Below, piece by piece: positions 10,897 to 21,842 of a stretch of 64,000 nucleotides of DNA. A program made the position numbers and the translations under genes. The notes beneath the pieces were generated by a model. That model saw only the letters and a program-made list of their open reading frames with translations, was not told the origin of the DNA and made no database searches. This stretch comes from Bacteroides sp. (GTDB lineage: Bacteria; Bacteroidota; Bacteroidia; Bacteroidales; Bacteroidaceae): contig JAVBVI010000047.1 of assembly GCA_031554505.1 (NCBI GenBank), positions 28,885 through 92,884 on the forward strand. Direction: 5' to 3'. Each line of letters starts with the position of its first letter. The stretch's first letter is position 1.

Positions 10897-12097
10897 ACTT
10901 ATCCTCCCAAAAACATAGATTTATCCGTTCAATTATATTTCCTCTATTAAAGACACTATTTAATAAACAAGTTGAATTCACAGAGAACTTTTGCATTTCT
11001 TCATTTGTCAAACTAGAAAAAGTTTCAAAACCTTCTGCAATGCTTTTAATATCAGCAGGAACTGCACTCAACCCTATATGATAATCTTCTACTAAATGTT
11101 TGACCTCTCCCCTCATAACTGCATAAATTGGTTTGTGTGTGGATAGATAAGCCTGAAACTTAGATGGTATCATTATTTCATAGAGTGGAGTATCCTTTAG
11201 TGAAATGATTAAAACATCACTTGCTTCATAATAATCAGACATTTCAGATAACGGTTTTCTACCTATAAAATTCACATTAGAAATATTTTCTTGCTTTACC
11301 AGTTCTCTAAGCTCTGGCAAAAAAGAACCATCTCCAATAATATTTAAGTATGAATTGGAAAAATCTTTTGCATACAACCCAAAACCTCGTACAATATTAT
11401 CTAAATTTTGTACTTTTCCAATGTTACCAGCAAAGGTGAAGTTCAATTTACCAGGAAGTTTTTTCTTTTCGGTAGGACAATATTCCATCAATGACCAATT
11501 GGGAGCAAACTGAATCTCTCGTTCGGGTATATAGTTATTAAGCCGTTCAATAAAACCCTCACAGGAAACAAGAATCTCATCACAATTCTCATATACCCAT
11601 CTGACAAAATGATCAAGACAAAAACGTAAAAATGCTGTCTGCTTAAAGCCAAAAGCATAAACTGTTTCAGGCCATAAATCCTGTGACCATATAGTGACCT
11701 TAGCCTTAAACAATTTCTTTAAAATAATTCCAGCAGTAGCTAAAGTCAATGGGCCGGTTTGATAGATAAAAACCCTATCAAAGCGCCTTCCAATAAATAA
11801 AACAACTAAAAAGCTCCAAAACACAAAAGAAAAATAGTTCAAGACCTTAATAAAAGTAGACTTATTATATCCAGATAGAACTGGAATGCGATGTATTTTT
11901 ATGGTATTGAAATAAGTTTTTTGATATATTCTGTTTTTATACCCTTCAAATACTTTTCCAAAAGGATATGAGGGTGTACGAGTTAATACCTCAAAAGCAA
12001 AACCTTCCTTTTCCCATTCCTCCGCCAAATCATTTATCAAAAAATCCTCTGGAAAAAATGCTTCACACAATATTAAAGCTTTTTTTGCTTTTTTCAT
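10889..12097 (-). CDS. GT4 glycosyltransferase (WbuB/WbjE/Cap5L-like 6-deoxy-L-HexNAc transferase)
   Basis: F.PE.F.INDLA, QDLWPE, FAGNIGKVQNL and IPSKFQAYL motifs; adjacent to fnl/qnl genes. Confidence 0.85.
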   Translation of the reverse strand: MKKAKKALILCEAFFPEDFLINDLAEEWEKEGFAFEVLTRTPSYPFGKVFEGYKNRIYQKTYFNTIKIHRIPVLSGYNKSTFIKVLNYFSFVFWSFLVVLFIGRRFDRVFIYQTGPLTLATAGIILKKLFKAKVTIWSQDLWPETVYAFGFKQTAFLRFCLDHFVRWVYENCDEILVSCEGFIERLNNYIPEREIQFAPNWSLMEYCPTEKKKLPGKLNFTFAGNIGKVQNLDNIVRGFGLYAKDFSNSYLNIIGDGSFLPELRELVKQENISNVNFIGRKPLSEMSDYYEASDVLIISLKDTPLYEIMIPSKFQAYLSTHKPIYAVMRGEVKHLVEDYHIGLSAVPADIKSIAEGFETFSSLTNEEMQKFSVNSTCLLNSVFNRGNIIERINLCFWEDKYV

Positions 12098-12963
12098 TAG
12101 CAATTAAGATAATGCATGTAAAGATTCCTATGCGTCTCCATCCATATAAACTGTTCTTCCAACATCTTTCTATATTCAGGAACAACATAATCAAACCTTT
12201 CCGATTTAACTATAGACTTGTCAATACAGTTTCCTTCAAATGGAACTATCTCAATATTGTCTCTATTCCATATCTGTTTAAACAAATGCAATAAATCAAA
12301 CTTAGTAATGCCAATCCCGTTACTCAACTGAATAAGACCAGTTTTTTCCTCTTGAATAGCCACATCTATAGCTTTGGCTAGTTCTAATGTTGTAACCCCG
12401 CCCCAAATTGCTGTTTTAAAGCCATTTATTTGACCTTTTTGTTGCATAAACCAATGGAATAAACCTTCTCCATTTTTTTTAAGTTCAGGTCCAATGATAG
12501 AAGTACGAATGGTCAAATCTTTATTATTGAAAATTTCCCCCAAGGCTTTACTGCGTCCATAAATATCATCTGCATCTCGAAAATCGCTTTCAGAATACTG
12601 CCCTTTCTTTCCCGAGAAAACACAATCTGTGCTGATATGAATCAGCTTAGCGCCCATCTCATCAGAAAGCGTCTTCAGTAGATGTGGGAAATAGGCATTG
12701 ATAAGAATAGCATTATCCGGGTGTTCTTTAGAACCTTTAATCAAAACTCCGATACAATTGATAATTAAATCCGGCTGAGTTTCCTCTACTACCCGTTTGA
12801 TGGCCTCTTTATTAGAGACATCCACTATTATACTATCGTCAGTAAGCTTGGTTCGGTATACCACATTAACAATATTATACTTGCCGGTACTATTCAAATA
12901 ATAGTAAACAATATGACCAGCCATGCCCGTGCCCCCAAACAATAGAATTTTTTTCTTATCCAT
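12097..12963 (-). CDS. RmlD-like SDR reductase (QnlA/WbvR type)
   Basis: GGTGMAGH, HISTDCVFSG, YGRSKALGE and RTSIIGPEL motifs. Confidence 0.8.
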   Translation of the reverse strand: MDKKKILLFGGTGMAGHIVYYYLNSTGKYNIVNVVYRTKLTDDSIIVDVSNKEAIKRVVEETQPDLIINCIGVLIKGSKEHPDNAILINAYFPHLLKTLSDEMGAKLIHISTDCVFSGKKGQYSESDFRDADDIYGRSKALGEIFNNKDLTIRTSIIGPELKKNGEGLFHWFMQQKGQINGFKTAIWGGVTTLELAKAIDVAIQEEKTGLIQLSNGIGITKFDLLHLFKQIWNRDNIEIVPFEGNCIDKSIVKSERFDYVVPEYRKMLEEQFIWMETHRNLYMHYLNC

Positions 12964-12967
12964 CTCC

Positions 12968-14098
12968 TTAGATTTCTTTATGCCAAACAGTACGATTTAT
13001 ATAATCCGTGTAAGAGAGAATGATACGAACGACTTTCTTAGACACATTATCTGCCGTATAATCCGGAATTAAGCGAATAGATTCTACACTTTCGGCAGAT
13101 TGCGAAGTTACTACATCAATAGAATCCAGAATCCGATGGCTGCTCAAACCTGTCATTATCAAAGTGCCTTCATCCATTCCTTCAGGACGTTCATGAGCCT
13201 GGCGAATGGTTATCGCAGGAAAATGTAAAATTGAAGATTCTTCTGTAATGGTACCACTATCAGATATAACACAAAAAGCATTCTGCTGAAGTTTGATATA
13301 ATCTAAAAAACCAAATGGTTTCATAAACTCAATCATGGGATTTGAATTTACAAAGCCAATGGCTTCCAACTTCTTCCGGGTACGTGGATGTGTAGACACA
13401 ATTACCTTCTTATGGTATTTGTCAACAATGGCATTTAAAGAAGAAAGCAGATCTGAGAAATTCTTTTCCGAATCAACATTCTCTTCCCGATGGGTACTTA
13501 CAATGAAATACTCTCCCTTCTTCAGTCCTTCTTTTTCGAGTACCTTGTTGGCATCAATGTCTTCTTTGTGAAATGCCAAGACTTCTGTCATTGGAGAGCC
13601 TGTTTTTATAACAGTCTCCGGATGTAGACCTTCTGCAATCAGGTATTTACGGGCATGCTCCGACAATGGCATATTGATATCGCTCAGATGATCGACAATC
13701 TTTCGGTTGATTTCTTCAGGAACACGCTGGTCAAAGCAACGATTACCAGCTTCCATATGGAAAATAGGTATTTTCTTACGTTTTGCAGAAATCACTGAAA
13801 TACAACTGTTGGTATCTCCATAAAGCAATAGCGCATCCGGTTTTACCTTCTCCATCAATTCATCTGATTTCAAAATAACATTGGCAATAGTTTCTGCCGC
13901 ATTCTTTCCTGCAGCTTCCAAGAAATAGTCGGGTTTGCGAATACGCAAATCCCTAAAAAAAATCTCGTTCAGCTCGTAATCATAATTCTGTCCGGTATGA
14001 ACTATTATATGTTCAGTATATTTATCCAGTTCAGACATTACCCGACTGAGTTTAATAATCTCCGGCCGAGTACCTACAATAGTCATTACTTTAAGCAT
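12968..14098 (-). CDS. UDP-N-acetylhexosamine 2-epimerase, non-hydrolysing (FnlC/WbjD/QnlB type)
   Basis: VGTRPEIIKL, HTGQNYDYELN, HMEAGNRCFDQRVPEEINR and SDSGTITEE motifs. Confidence 0.92.
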   Translation of the reverse strand: MLKVMTIVGTRPEIIKLSRVMSELDKYTEHIIVHTGQNYDYELNEIFFRDLRIRKPDYFLEAAGKNAAETIANVILKSDELMEKVKPDALLLYGDTNSCISVISAKRKKIPIFHMEAGNRCFDQRVPEEINRKIVDHLSDINMPLSEHARKYLIAEGLHPETVIKTGSPMTEVLAFHKEDIDANKVLEKEGLKKGEYFIVSTHREENVDSEKNFSDLLSSLNAIVDKYHKKVIVSTHPRTRKKLEAIGFVNSNPMIEFMKPFGFLDYIKLQQNAFCVISDSGTITEESSILHFPAITIRQAHERPEGMDEGTLIMTGLSSHRILDSIDVVTSQSAESVESIRLIPDYTADNVSKKVVRIILSYTDYINRTVWHKEI

Positions 14099-15108
14099 AC
14101 ATCCTCCTTTATCATATCCAATTTCAATAATAGGCTTTTCATTTCTTCTACATTTAGCCTGTGGGTATTGTGTGAATGATAATCTTCAAATTTGGAGATA
14201 TTTTCTTGTCCTTCAACAAAATACTTGTCATAGTTCAAATCACGATCATCACAGGGTATGCAATAATAATTGCCCATATCTGTCGCTTTGGCCATCTCTT
14301 CTCTGGTTACCAACGATTCATAAAGTTTTTCTCCATGACGAGTACCTATGACACGAACTTGAGTATCGGCCTTATACAAATCCTTCAATGACTGAGCAAG
14401 AACCTCCAGGGTAGCAGCCGGAGCTTTCTGAACAAACAGGTCACCATTACTTCCATTTTGGAAAGCATAGATTACCAAGTCTACTGCATCATCGAGAGTC
14501 ATCATGAAACGAGTCATATTTGGATCTGTAATAGTGATATCCTTTCCGGCCTTCATCTGATCGACCCATAAAGGAATTACCGAACCACGACTTGCCATTA
14601 CATTCCCGTATCGGGTACAGCAAATAGTTGTTTTCGAGTCAGCACCTAGTTGACGTCCCTTGGCAATGGCTACTTTTTCCATCATAGCCTTACTAATGCC
14701 CATTGCATTGATTGGATAACAAGCTTTATCAGTTGACAGCACAACCACATTCTTCACCCCGTGTGCTATAGCGGAATCTAAGACATTTTCAGTACCCAGT
14801 ACATTCGTTCTTACTGCTTGAACAGGAAAAAACTCGCAGGAAGGAACTTGTTTCAACGCTGCGGCGTGGAATATGTAATCTACCCCATCCATAACTCCAT
14901 CGACCGAACGTTTATCACGTACATCGCCGATGTAGAACTTCACTTTTTTATTTTGAAGTTGATGGCGCATATCATCTTGTTTTTTTTCATCACGACTAAA
15001 GATTCTAATTTCTTTAATATCAGAATCCAAGAACCTACGTAAAACAGCATTACCAAAAGAACCAGTTCCGCCAGTAATCAATAGAGTTTTTTCTTTAAAA
15101 AGGGACAT
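14086..15108 (-). CDS. fnlA: UDP-GlcNAc 4,6-dehydratase/5-epimerase (FnlA/WbjB/CapE)
   Basis: TGGTGSFG, SRDEKKQDDMR, AALKQVPSCEF and RYGNVMASRGSVIP motifs. Confidence 0.93.
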   Translation of the reverse strand: MSLFKEKTLLITGGTGSFGNAVLRRFLDSDIKEIRIFSRDEKKQDDMRHQLQNKKVKFYIGDVRDKRSVDGVMDGVDYIFHAAALKQVPSCEFFPVQAVRTNVLGTENVLDSAIAHGVKNVVVLSTDKACYPINAMGISKAMMEKVAIAKGRQLGADSKTTICCTRYGNVMASRGSVIPLWVDQMKAGKDITITDPNMTRFMMTLDDAVDLVIYAFQNGSNGDLFVQKAPAATLEVLAQSLKDLYKADTQVRVIGTRHGEKLYESLVTREEMAKATDMGNYYCIPCDDRDLNYDKYFVEGQENISKFEDYHSHNTHRLNVEEMKSLLLKLDMIKEDVCLK

Positions 15109-15115
15109 CGTTTTA

Positions 15116-16237
15116 TTATTTTAGTTGATTTACTAATTCAAAAAATGAAACCCAACTACTTTCTTGAGACAAAGCAAATGGAGAATACACTTTTCTTTGT
15201 TCACAAAGTTTCATTATTGCGTTAGCCCAGTCTTCTGTTTCATATGCTCCTACAAAAGAAACTCCTTCATACTCACCTATGACATCTCGAGAATAGGGTA
15301 AATCTGACACTACAATAGGAATACCTGCGCTAGCAGCCTCAATTAAGGGTAATCCGAAAGATTCAATGAAACTGGGGAAAAGCAGTGCTCTCATGGACTT
15401 GTACAAAGAAAGTAATGCCTGATAAGCTAGGACACCTTCAAAGATGATATTATTGGATAAGCCATATTTGTTTATCTGACGCACCAGATTTCTGCTTTTT
15501 TTAGCCTCGAACGTAAAATGCACCCTTATTTTGGAAAGCAAATTGGGATTTACTTCATTTATCAAATGCAATGCCTCAATAATACGAATATGATTCTTAT
15601 ATATTATTGGGGTAGCCGGATATATAAAATGTATGTCAGCATCCAGTTCTTCTATATTTTTTGAGTAATATTTAGGCAAAACTATGTCAGGCCTTAAAAC
15701 ATGTACATGGGATTCATCAATCGAGAACTTCTTGAGAAATTCTTTTTTTATAGATGGGATCTGAACAACAACATGAGTCTTACTATTCATATACGCAGAC
15801 ACGAAATAGGAATAGAACTTTTTGTATAAAAAGTAAAGTAGTTCAGTACGCTTAAAAACATTCCAATGATGTTGGGATAAAGGCAAAGGTTGATGATAAT
15901 AGACTAACTGTGATATATCATATTTACACTTTACAGTTGTATTCTGAAAACTAATAATAAGGTCAGGTTTTTTATGATTTGCATCTACCCACCTTTGCAA
16001 TCCATACATATCCCACTTTACTCTATCAAACCATTTGACTGTCTTAATAGGAATATATAGCATATTTGGCCGCATAATTTCTGCTTCAAAATGAGGGTCA
16101 ACAAATATAAAATAATCATCCAATGATTCTTCGGGTATATGCTGAAGAAACTGATGCAAAATGGAAAGAGCCCCACTTGACCGTGCTGCAGTAGCATTTA
16201 CCAATATTTTTTTGCGGTTATTTGTCAAAATAGTCAT
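15116..16237 (-). CDS. GT4-family glycosyltransferase
   Basis: FPSFIESFGLPLIEA GT-B motif. Confidence 0.85.
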   Translation of the reverse strand: MTILTNNRKKILVNATAARSSGALSILHQFLQHIPEESLDDYFIFVDPHFEAEIMRPNMLYIPIKTVKWFDRVKWDMYGLQRWVDANHKKPDLIISFQNTTVKCKYDISQLVYYHQPLPLSQHHWNVFKRTELLYFLYKKFYSYFVSAYMNSKTHVVVQIPSIKKEFLKKFSIDESHVHVLRPDIVLPKYYSKNIEELDADIHFIYPATPIIYKNHIRIIEALHLINEVNPNLLSKIRVHFTFEAKKSRNLVRQINKYGLSNNIIFEGVLAYQALLSLYKSMRALLFPSFIESFGLPLIEAASAGIPIVVSDLPYSRDVIGEYEGVSFVGAYETEDWANAIMKLCEQRKVYSPFALSQESSWVSFFELVNQLK

Positions 16238-16281
16238 AAGAAACAATAATGCCCTTAATATTTTCAAAAAACACTTTCATT

Positions 16282-17049
16282 CTAGTTATATAATAACCTC
16301 CGAATAAAAGACACTAATTTGGTAGGTAAGTTCTTCCGAATAAGAATCTTTGAATAATTTACACCATAAAAAACGTAGTCACTCATTTTTCTCGTTTTCG
16401 CATTCACTTTAAACTCCTCTTTCAATAATAAAAATTCATTATTAAGAGAAAAGCCTTCAGTAAGTAAATATTTACTAATTGTTATTGGAATATATTGAAA
16501 CTGGTAATTAGCTAAATAAATAGAATAAAATTGATTATAATCTGCACAAATCTTATAATTCAAATCAAAGAGATTACTAATCGCCACATCACGTCTTAAA
16601 AAGCAAGCCTGATGGCAGAACGGAAGCTTTCGCCTCATGGCATTCATACTTTTGGGTTTCAAAATCACATGTATGTCATTCGGAAAAATCACCTGTGTAT
16701 CACCATATACAACACTTGCATCAGTATTGCTCAAATAATTACTAACATCTTTTAGTACATTTGACGAATAAAAAACATCCCCACAATTTAAAAAAAGTAT
16801 CCACTCCCCTCTAGCTTTATCTATTCCCTTATTCATTGCATCATATATCCCAGAATCTTTCTCTGTCAAAATGCAATCGATTTGTCTCTTATATTTATAT
16901 ATTACATCAATCGTACCATCAGTACTCTTACCATCAATAATGATATACTCACAATCCTTAAAATTTTGAGACAACACACTATTAATAGTGTCTTCTATAG
17001 AGCATACTGAGTTATACGAAACTGTAATTACAGTAATTAGGGCAGCCAT
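16282..17049 (-). CDS. GT2 glycosyltransferase (WcaE-like)
   Basis: ITVSYN, IDGKSTDGT, GIYDAMNKG and CHQA motifs. Confidence 0.9.
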   Translation of the reverse strand: MAALITVITVSYNSVCSIEDTINSVLSQNFKDCEYIIIDGKSTDGTIDVIYKYKRQIDCILTEKDSGIYDAMNKGIDKARGEWILFLNCGDVFYSSNVLKDVSNYLSNTDASVVYGDTQVIFPNDIHVILKPKSMNAMRRKLPFCHQACFLRRDVAISNLFDLNYKICADYNQFYSIYLANYQFQYIPITISKYLLTEGFSLNNEFLLLKEEFKVNAKTRKMSDYVFYGVNYSKILIRKNLPTKLVSFIRRLLYN

Positions 17050-17078
17050 ATTCTTTCTTATTGTCTTATTATAAACAC

Positions 17079-18182
17079 TTATTCTAAAAATAGTTCTTTT
17101 CTTTTAGTTTCAGAAAATACGCTAATATACGGATTATAAAGTCCCTCGTATTTACCATGTATTTGATTCTTCATCTGAGAAAAGCAATATATTGATACTA
17201 TAACATATAAAATTATTCGATTTGATAACTTGATCCGTTCTAATATTAGTGCAATTAACAAAATAAAACTTCCTGAATAAAACAAAGCCAAACGAGCAAA
17301 ATCAGGAGCTGCAAGAACAAACATTCGATTAATAATCAAACCCATGAAATAAATATTCAACAGAATATCATAGCGTTTATTCGTGTTTTTTATTCTAAAA
17401 TATAGGAATAAGAATATCCAAATAACATTTGATAATAAACTAAATATGAATTGAACAAAGCTAATAGGTTCGTTAGCTGCTCTACCCGATAAATATGCGC
17501 CCAACTTTTCAGCTAGGACTCCTTCAACACCCAATCCATATGTTAAGAAAATATTAATCATCCAAGTTAACATTGTCCCGCTAAGGCCAATGAGCACCGA
17601 AAGTATATAACTTAGCAATAGAACCTTACTAGAAAATTTATAATTTACTATAAAATATGAAGGAAAAAAGATGATTGCACTTCGATGAATTGAAGTTGCA
17701 ATTAATACTACAAACAGAAAAGGAATAAAATTTCTTTGTATCAAATATTTATATCCATAGAATACTATCGCAATTGACAGAGCCTGTCTGACTGGCAATA
17801 CCGCTCCGCAAAACATAAATAAGATTATGATTATTAAATATGATCCATTATCTATAGCCGCCTTTCTATAAAGCCACATCATAATGAAACTATAAATAGC
17901 CAAAAAAAATGTATAATTACGTGTCAGTATCCCAACAATATAATTAAAAAAAGCATATCCAAACTCAAAATCAGAACTGAAATAATCGTCAAAAGTTTTA
18001 GAATTCACAAAAAAATCCCAAAATGGGAACCAGTCAGTACCTGTTTCCCAACGAAAAGACTGTAAACATCCAATAATAAATAAACTCAATAAGGTCAAAA
18101 AGACTTTGCTTTGTCTATTTGCACCTAATACCTCCAAAAATCCTGCAACAAAAATGATGAGAAAAACCAAATAATAGATCAT
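17079..18182 (-). CDS. wzy: EpsG-family polysaccharide polymerase
   Basis: About 10 hydrophobic segments; RWETGTDW, EFGY, VRQALS and IHRSA motifs. Confidence 0.85.
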   Translation of the reverse strand: MIYYLVFLIIFVAGFLEVLGANRQSKVFLTLLSLFIIGCLQSFRWETGTDWFPFWDFFVNSKTFDDYFSSDFEFGYAFFNYIVGILTRNYTFFLAIYSFIMMWLYRKAAIDNGSYLIIIILFMFCGAVLPVRQALSIAIVFYGYKYLIQRNFIPFLFVVLIATSIHRSAIIFFPSYFIVNYKFSSKVLLLSYILSVLIGLSGTMLTWMINIFLTYGLGVEGVLAEKLGAYLSGRAANEPISFVQFIFSLLSNVIWIFLFLYFRIKNTNKRYDILLNIYFMGLIINRMFVLAAPDFARLALFYSGSFILLIALILERIKLSNRIILYVIVSIYCFSQMKNQIHGKYEGLYNPYISVFSETKRKELFLE

Positions 18183-18188
18183 AACTAT

Positions 18189-19298
18189 CTATTTATTCAG
18201 AGATTCCAAAATAGCCTCCATCCTCATTACTGAAGAATCAAAAGAATAATCACTCACAAAAATTTCTCTCGCTTGCTTAGAGTATACTTCTAATAAATCT
18301 CGATTATTATCTACCCTTTCGATAAAATCGATGATCTCTTGGGGAGAATTAGACTTTAAGCCAATAGCAGATATATCAAAATTGTACCCTTGAAAGGTTT
18401 CGGTAGTCCCAATAATAGGCAATCCATACATCATCGCTTCAGCCACTTTAGTTTTCATTCCTCCACCAAAAAACAAAGTTGAAATGAATAAATCAGCTTC
18501 CAAATAATAGTGTTCTAACTCTGCCTCACTGACCTCTCCAAAAACATGAATATTAGAGAACAATGATAATTGCTTTTTCATCTTATCCATTCCGCTACCT
18601 ACAATATAAATATCCACATTTACATAAGGAGCAATATTGTTAGCCAGCCATTCAACCCCATCTTTATTTGAGAGAAAATAGGTACCCACAAACAACAACT
18701 TAAGCCTTTCGTTCTTTAAAAACTTTCTTTGAATAGTTCTGCTTTCAAAAGATGTAGGAAGAAGCCCTATATTCAAATCACCATATCTTTCAACAAGAAG
18801 CGCTTTATCTCTTTCATTAAGGGCTATAATAAAGTCAGAGTTTTGAACGACCTCTCTTTCCGATAAACAAGCTAAAAGATAAGATTGCAAGTTAGAATAG
18901 GATTTCACTTGCCTTAAATTGTTTCGATGATAATCACGTTCAACGTTATGAAAGAAAACAACAATTTTTGAATTAACATTATACTTTTTCCTAAGATTAG
19001 AAGCATAAAATCCAAACAAAGAATGTGAAATAAATATCAGAGAATTTTCCTTCTCAGTCTGCAAATTCTCCAAGATGGCCTTACAATCCACATTTTTCGT
19101 TAGGAACATTCTTAACCTATTATAAAGTTTAATGCAAAAATTATTCGTAGCTTTTGGGTTGTATGGGCTTAATTCAACAGTAATTAATTCCTTAGTAAAC
19201 TGAGATAAAACATAAATATTTCGTTTATCAATTAATTGTAATCCCCCTTTACCGATATGGGGTTGATGAATAAAAATAATCCTTGGAAACTGAATCAT
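18189..19298 (-). CDS. GT4-family glycosyltransferase
   Basis: FHNVE and GGGMKTKVAEAMMYGLPIIG motifs. Confidence 0.85.
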   Translation of the reverse strand: MIQFPRIIFIHQPHIGKGGLQLIDKRNIYVLSQFTKELITVELSPYNPKATNNFCIKLYNRLRMFLTKNVDCKAILENLQTEKENSLIFISHSLFGFYASNLRKKYNVNSKIVVFFHNVERDYHRNNLRQVKSYSNLQSYLLACLSEREVVQNSDFIIALNERDKALLVERYGDLNIGLLPTSFESRTIQRKFLKNERLKLLFVGTYFLSNKDGVEWLANNIAPYVNVDIYIVGSGMDKMKKQLSLFSNIHVFGEVSEAELEHYYLEADLFISTLFFGGGMKTKVAEAMMYGLPIIGTTETFQGYNFDISAIGLKSNSPQEIIDFIERVDNNRDLLEVYSKQAREIFVSDYSFDSSVMRMEAILESLNK

Positions 19299-19347
19299 AA
19301 TTCGCTTGATAGCTATTTTTTTAATAAAGATCGAACAAATCTACACA

Positions 19348-20565
19348 TTAAGTCAACAGGTTCTCAATACTCATCATCATTTGATTATATTCATAGAACA
19401 TTCTTTCTGAAAACTCAGTTGAAATCTTCCTGTCGAATTCTAAAATCTTTTTGTATATAATATGAGGAGAGTCTGGAGAGAAAAAACGGGTATTAGCTGT
19501 ACACCTATAATTCAATAGGCTAGAAGCCTCAAGTATATGATAAATTTTACTAGAACGTTCATTACAGAATAAATTGGCAAATTTCAAAACGCCATAAGTA
19601 TCAAAACAATAAAATGGAACGGAATTATGTAGCGAAACTACTATTGGATGCATATTTTCGCCGATGTAACCCTTACTATACTTTATTAATGCGTACCAAT
19701 CCAAAGGATCTAGTGGAGATTTTATCTCATATTCCAAATGGTGTTCAAATTTTATCCCACAGGGCATAGTTAAGGCAATGCACGATATATTTGATTGGGA
19801 AAAAAAGTGTGCTAAAGTATCTATCCAATTCTCAGAAACAAGTCCTTTTGTCCTAAAGCTCAATAACACATAATCATTTGGAATATTAAATTTGCGTAGT
19901 ATATGCTCCTTTGTAGGTATCAAGTTCTCCAGATTCTGATTTAAGGCAAAAACAGGATCAGGGGTTATTGAAGGAGACACGCAGTTATCTGTTAAATAAC
20001 AAACCATTTTTGATGTCCAAGTATCGCGAACAGAAATATAATCAAACTTTAAAAGATCACCTTTCATTTTCTTCTTGACTTTTCTACTAAAAAGTTTGTA
20101 ATTAGAATTCTGAGATGAAGCAGACATTAAAAACAGTTTTATATCTCCCAAAATCTCTCGCTTAAAACATCCCCAAAAAGGATTAGGATACATTCTGTCA
20201 GTTGTAGCAGAATTTAAGCCTATTATTCTTCTACATGGGAATACAATACGCGTTAAAAAAGGATGGTGTTGTAGTACTGCATCACTACCTATAATGACCG
20301 AAGTGATATTATTATTTATCAATGCATTTTCCACTTCTTCCAATGTCACACATTCTTCAGATATTTCAAAAAATCTTTCCACAAATCTTTTATGAGCAAG
20401 GTATTGCTCAGATTCAGATTGATTTTGTAATTGCAAATCTCTTGGTAGCCAATTAATCATCAATGGAGAGAAACCTTTCTTCTTAAGAAAAAGAAAAGTC
20501 GACAAGGCTTGTAAATTAGCTCCAAAATTTGAAACGTTAAAATATGTCAGTATTCCGATTCTCAT
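19348..20565 (-). CDS. Polysaccharide pyruvyl transferase family protein
   Basis: NFGANLQA, IGSDAV, ISVRD and PDPVF motifs. Confidence 0.8.
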   Translation of the reverse strand: MRIGILTYFNVSNFGANLQALSTFLFLKKKGFSPLMINWLPRDLQLQNQSESEQYLAHKRFVERFFEISEECVTLEEVENALINNNITSVIIGSDAVLQHHPFLTRIVFPCRRIIGLNSATTDRMYPNPFWGCFKREILGDIKLFLMSASSQNSNYKLFSRKVKKKMKGDLLKFDYISVRDTWTSKMVCYLTDNCVSPSITPDPVFALNQNLENLIPTKEHILRKFNIPNDYVLLSFRTKGLVSENWIDTLAHFFSQSNISCIALTMPCGIKFEHHLEYEIKSPLDPLDWYALIKYSKGYIGENMHPIVVSLHNSVPFYCFDTYGVLKFANLFCNERSSKIYHILEASSLLNYRCTANTRFFSPDSPHIIYKKILEFDRKISTEFSERMFYEYNQMMMSIENLLT

Positions 20566-20802
20566 AAATTGTATATGTTACTAATGCCCAATTTAAATTG
20601 GGATGTCATTAAAAGTCAAAGGATCTGTTCCATTGGTCCAAATCTTTGTCACATTGAAAGTTGGTTTTATCAAAGTAGCCTCGAAGATGAGGAAAGGTCA
20701 TATATATTAATAGACAGGTTCATAGGACATTACCATCATTGCATCACCAAAGTCCACTCGAATATTTCAATCTTATTAGTTGCCCCCATTTGAATATAAT
20801 AT

Positions 20803-21834
20803 TCATTGTTTCGACAAATTCTCCCAAAACGCCTTATAAGCCAAGTACATACTTTGCCTTAAATTAAAGGCAAAAGTTTTTAATAAGCAAAACGCCTTAT
20901 AAAACCCATTTACATCCCCACTACTCAACTCTTGAATATAACTAATACGTATTTTATGTTTTTTAATGAGCAAATATTGAGTAACAGAATCTGCTAATTT
21001 ATAATATATTATCTTACATAACTTTCGATCATCTGCAAAATCTTTCAATAATGCCCTATAATGTTTCATATGCCTTACACACTTCTCTTCACGAGTTTCC
21101 CCTGAAGCCATTCCTTTTCCATGGACTCGGTATACTGTCATCACATCATTTAGGTAATACATTAGTCCAAATTTTGTAATTGAAAGAAAAAGATGATGAC
21201 TAGTCCTCATTAACCCATCATCTGGATAGGGATAAGAGATAAAACTCAAATATTGTGTTCTAAACATTATTGAGGCTGTTTGAACATGCATATTCTGAGC
21301 TAAATCGTATATATTAAACTCACTTTTTAGAGTTGGATTAACGACTTCAAACAAATTATCCTTCAATATTTGATAATTATGACCTACTATTGAGTATCTG
21401 TCATTCCCCTCTAATATTTCAGCTTGCTTTTGAAGTTTCAGAGAATCTATCCAATAATCATCACCTTCACACATTGCTTCATATTTTCCTATTCGCCAAC
21501 TCATAAATTCAGCTCTACGTTCACTCTTATCGCTTCTGCGAAAGGAATTTTCTTTTTGATAATAGGCTTTTATCAATCGAGGATATTTTTGCTCATACTC
21601 TCTGACTATTTCCACAGTCTTATCGGTAGATGCATCATCGTGAATAAGCACCAGAACCGGGAATGTTGTTTTTTGCATCAATATCCCCTCAATACAGTCG
21701 GTTATATAATTCTCGTGCATATAAGTCATAGTCCGAGTGTGCACCAAAGGTAATGTTCCTTCAGGCCATACCTGTTCAGTAATAGGAATAGGTTCTGTTA
21801 ATGGAATATAAGAATATTTATTATTTTCTTCCAT
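20803..21834 (-). CDS. GT2 glycosyltransferase
   Basis: HDDASTD, CEGDDYW...KLQKQ and YRVH motifs. Confidence 0.9.
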   Translation of the reverse strand: MEENNKYSYIPLTEPIPITEQVWPEGTLPLVHTRTMTYMHENYITDCIEGILMQKTTFPVLVLIHDDASTDKTVEIVREYEQKYPRLIKAYYQKENSFRRSDKSERRAEFMSWRIGKYEAMCEGDDYWIDSLKLQKQAEILEGNDRYSIVGHNYQILKDNLFEVVNPTLKSEFNIYDLAQNMHVQTASIMFRTQYLSFISYPYPDDGLMRTSHHLFLSITKFGLMYYLNDVMTVYRVHGKGMASGETREEKCVRHMKHYRALLKDFADDRKLCKIIYYKLADSVTQYLLIKKHKIRISYIQELSSGDVNGFYKAFCLLKTFAFNLRQSMYLAYKAFWENLSKQ

Positions 21835-21842
21835 ACGATTAT

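Noticed and set aside
20566-20802. Gap between the GT2 and pyruvyl transferase genes (74-aa plus-strand ORF)
   Set aside because: It is on the wrong strand for the operon. It is probably a decayed gene, but I cannot assign it.
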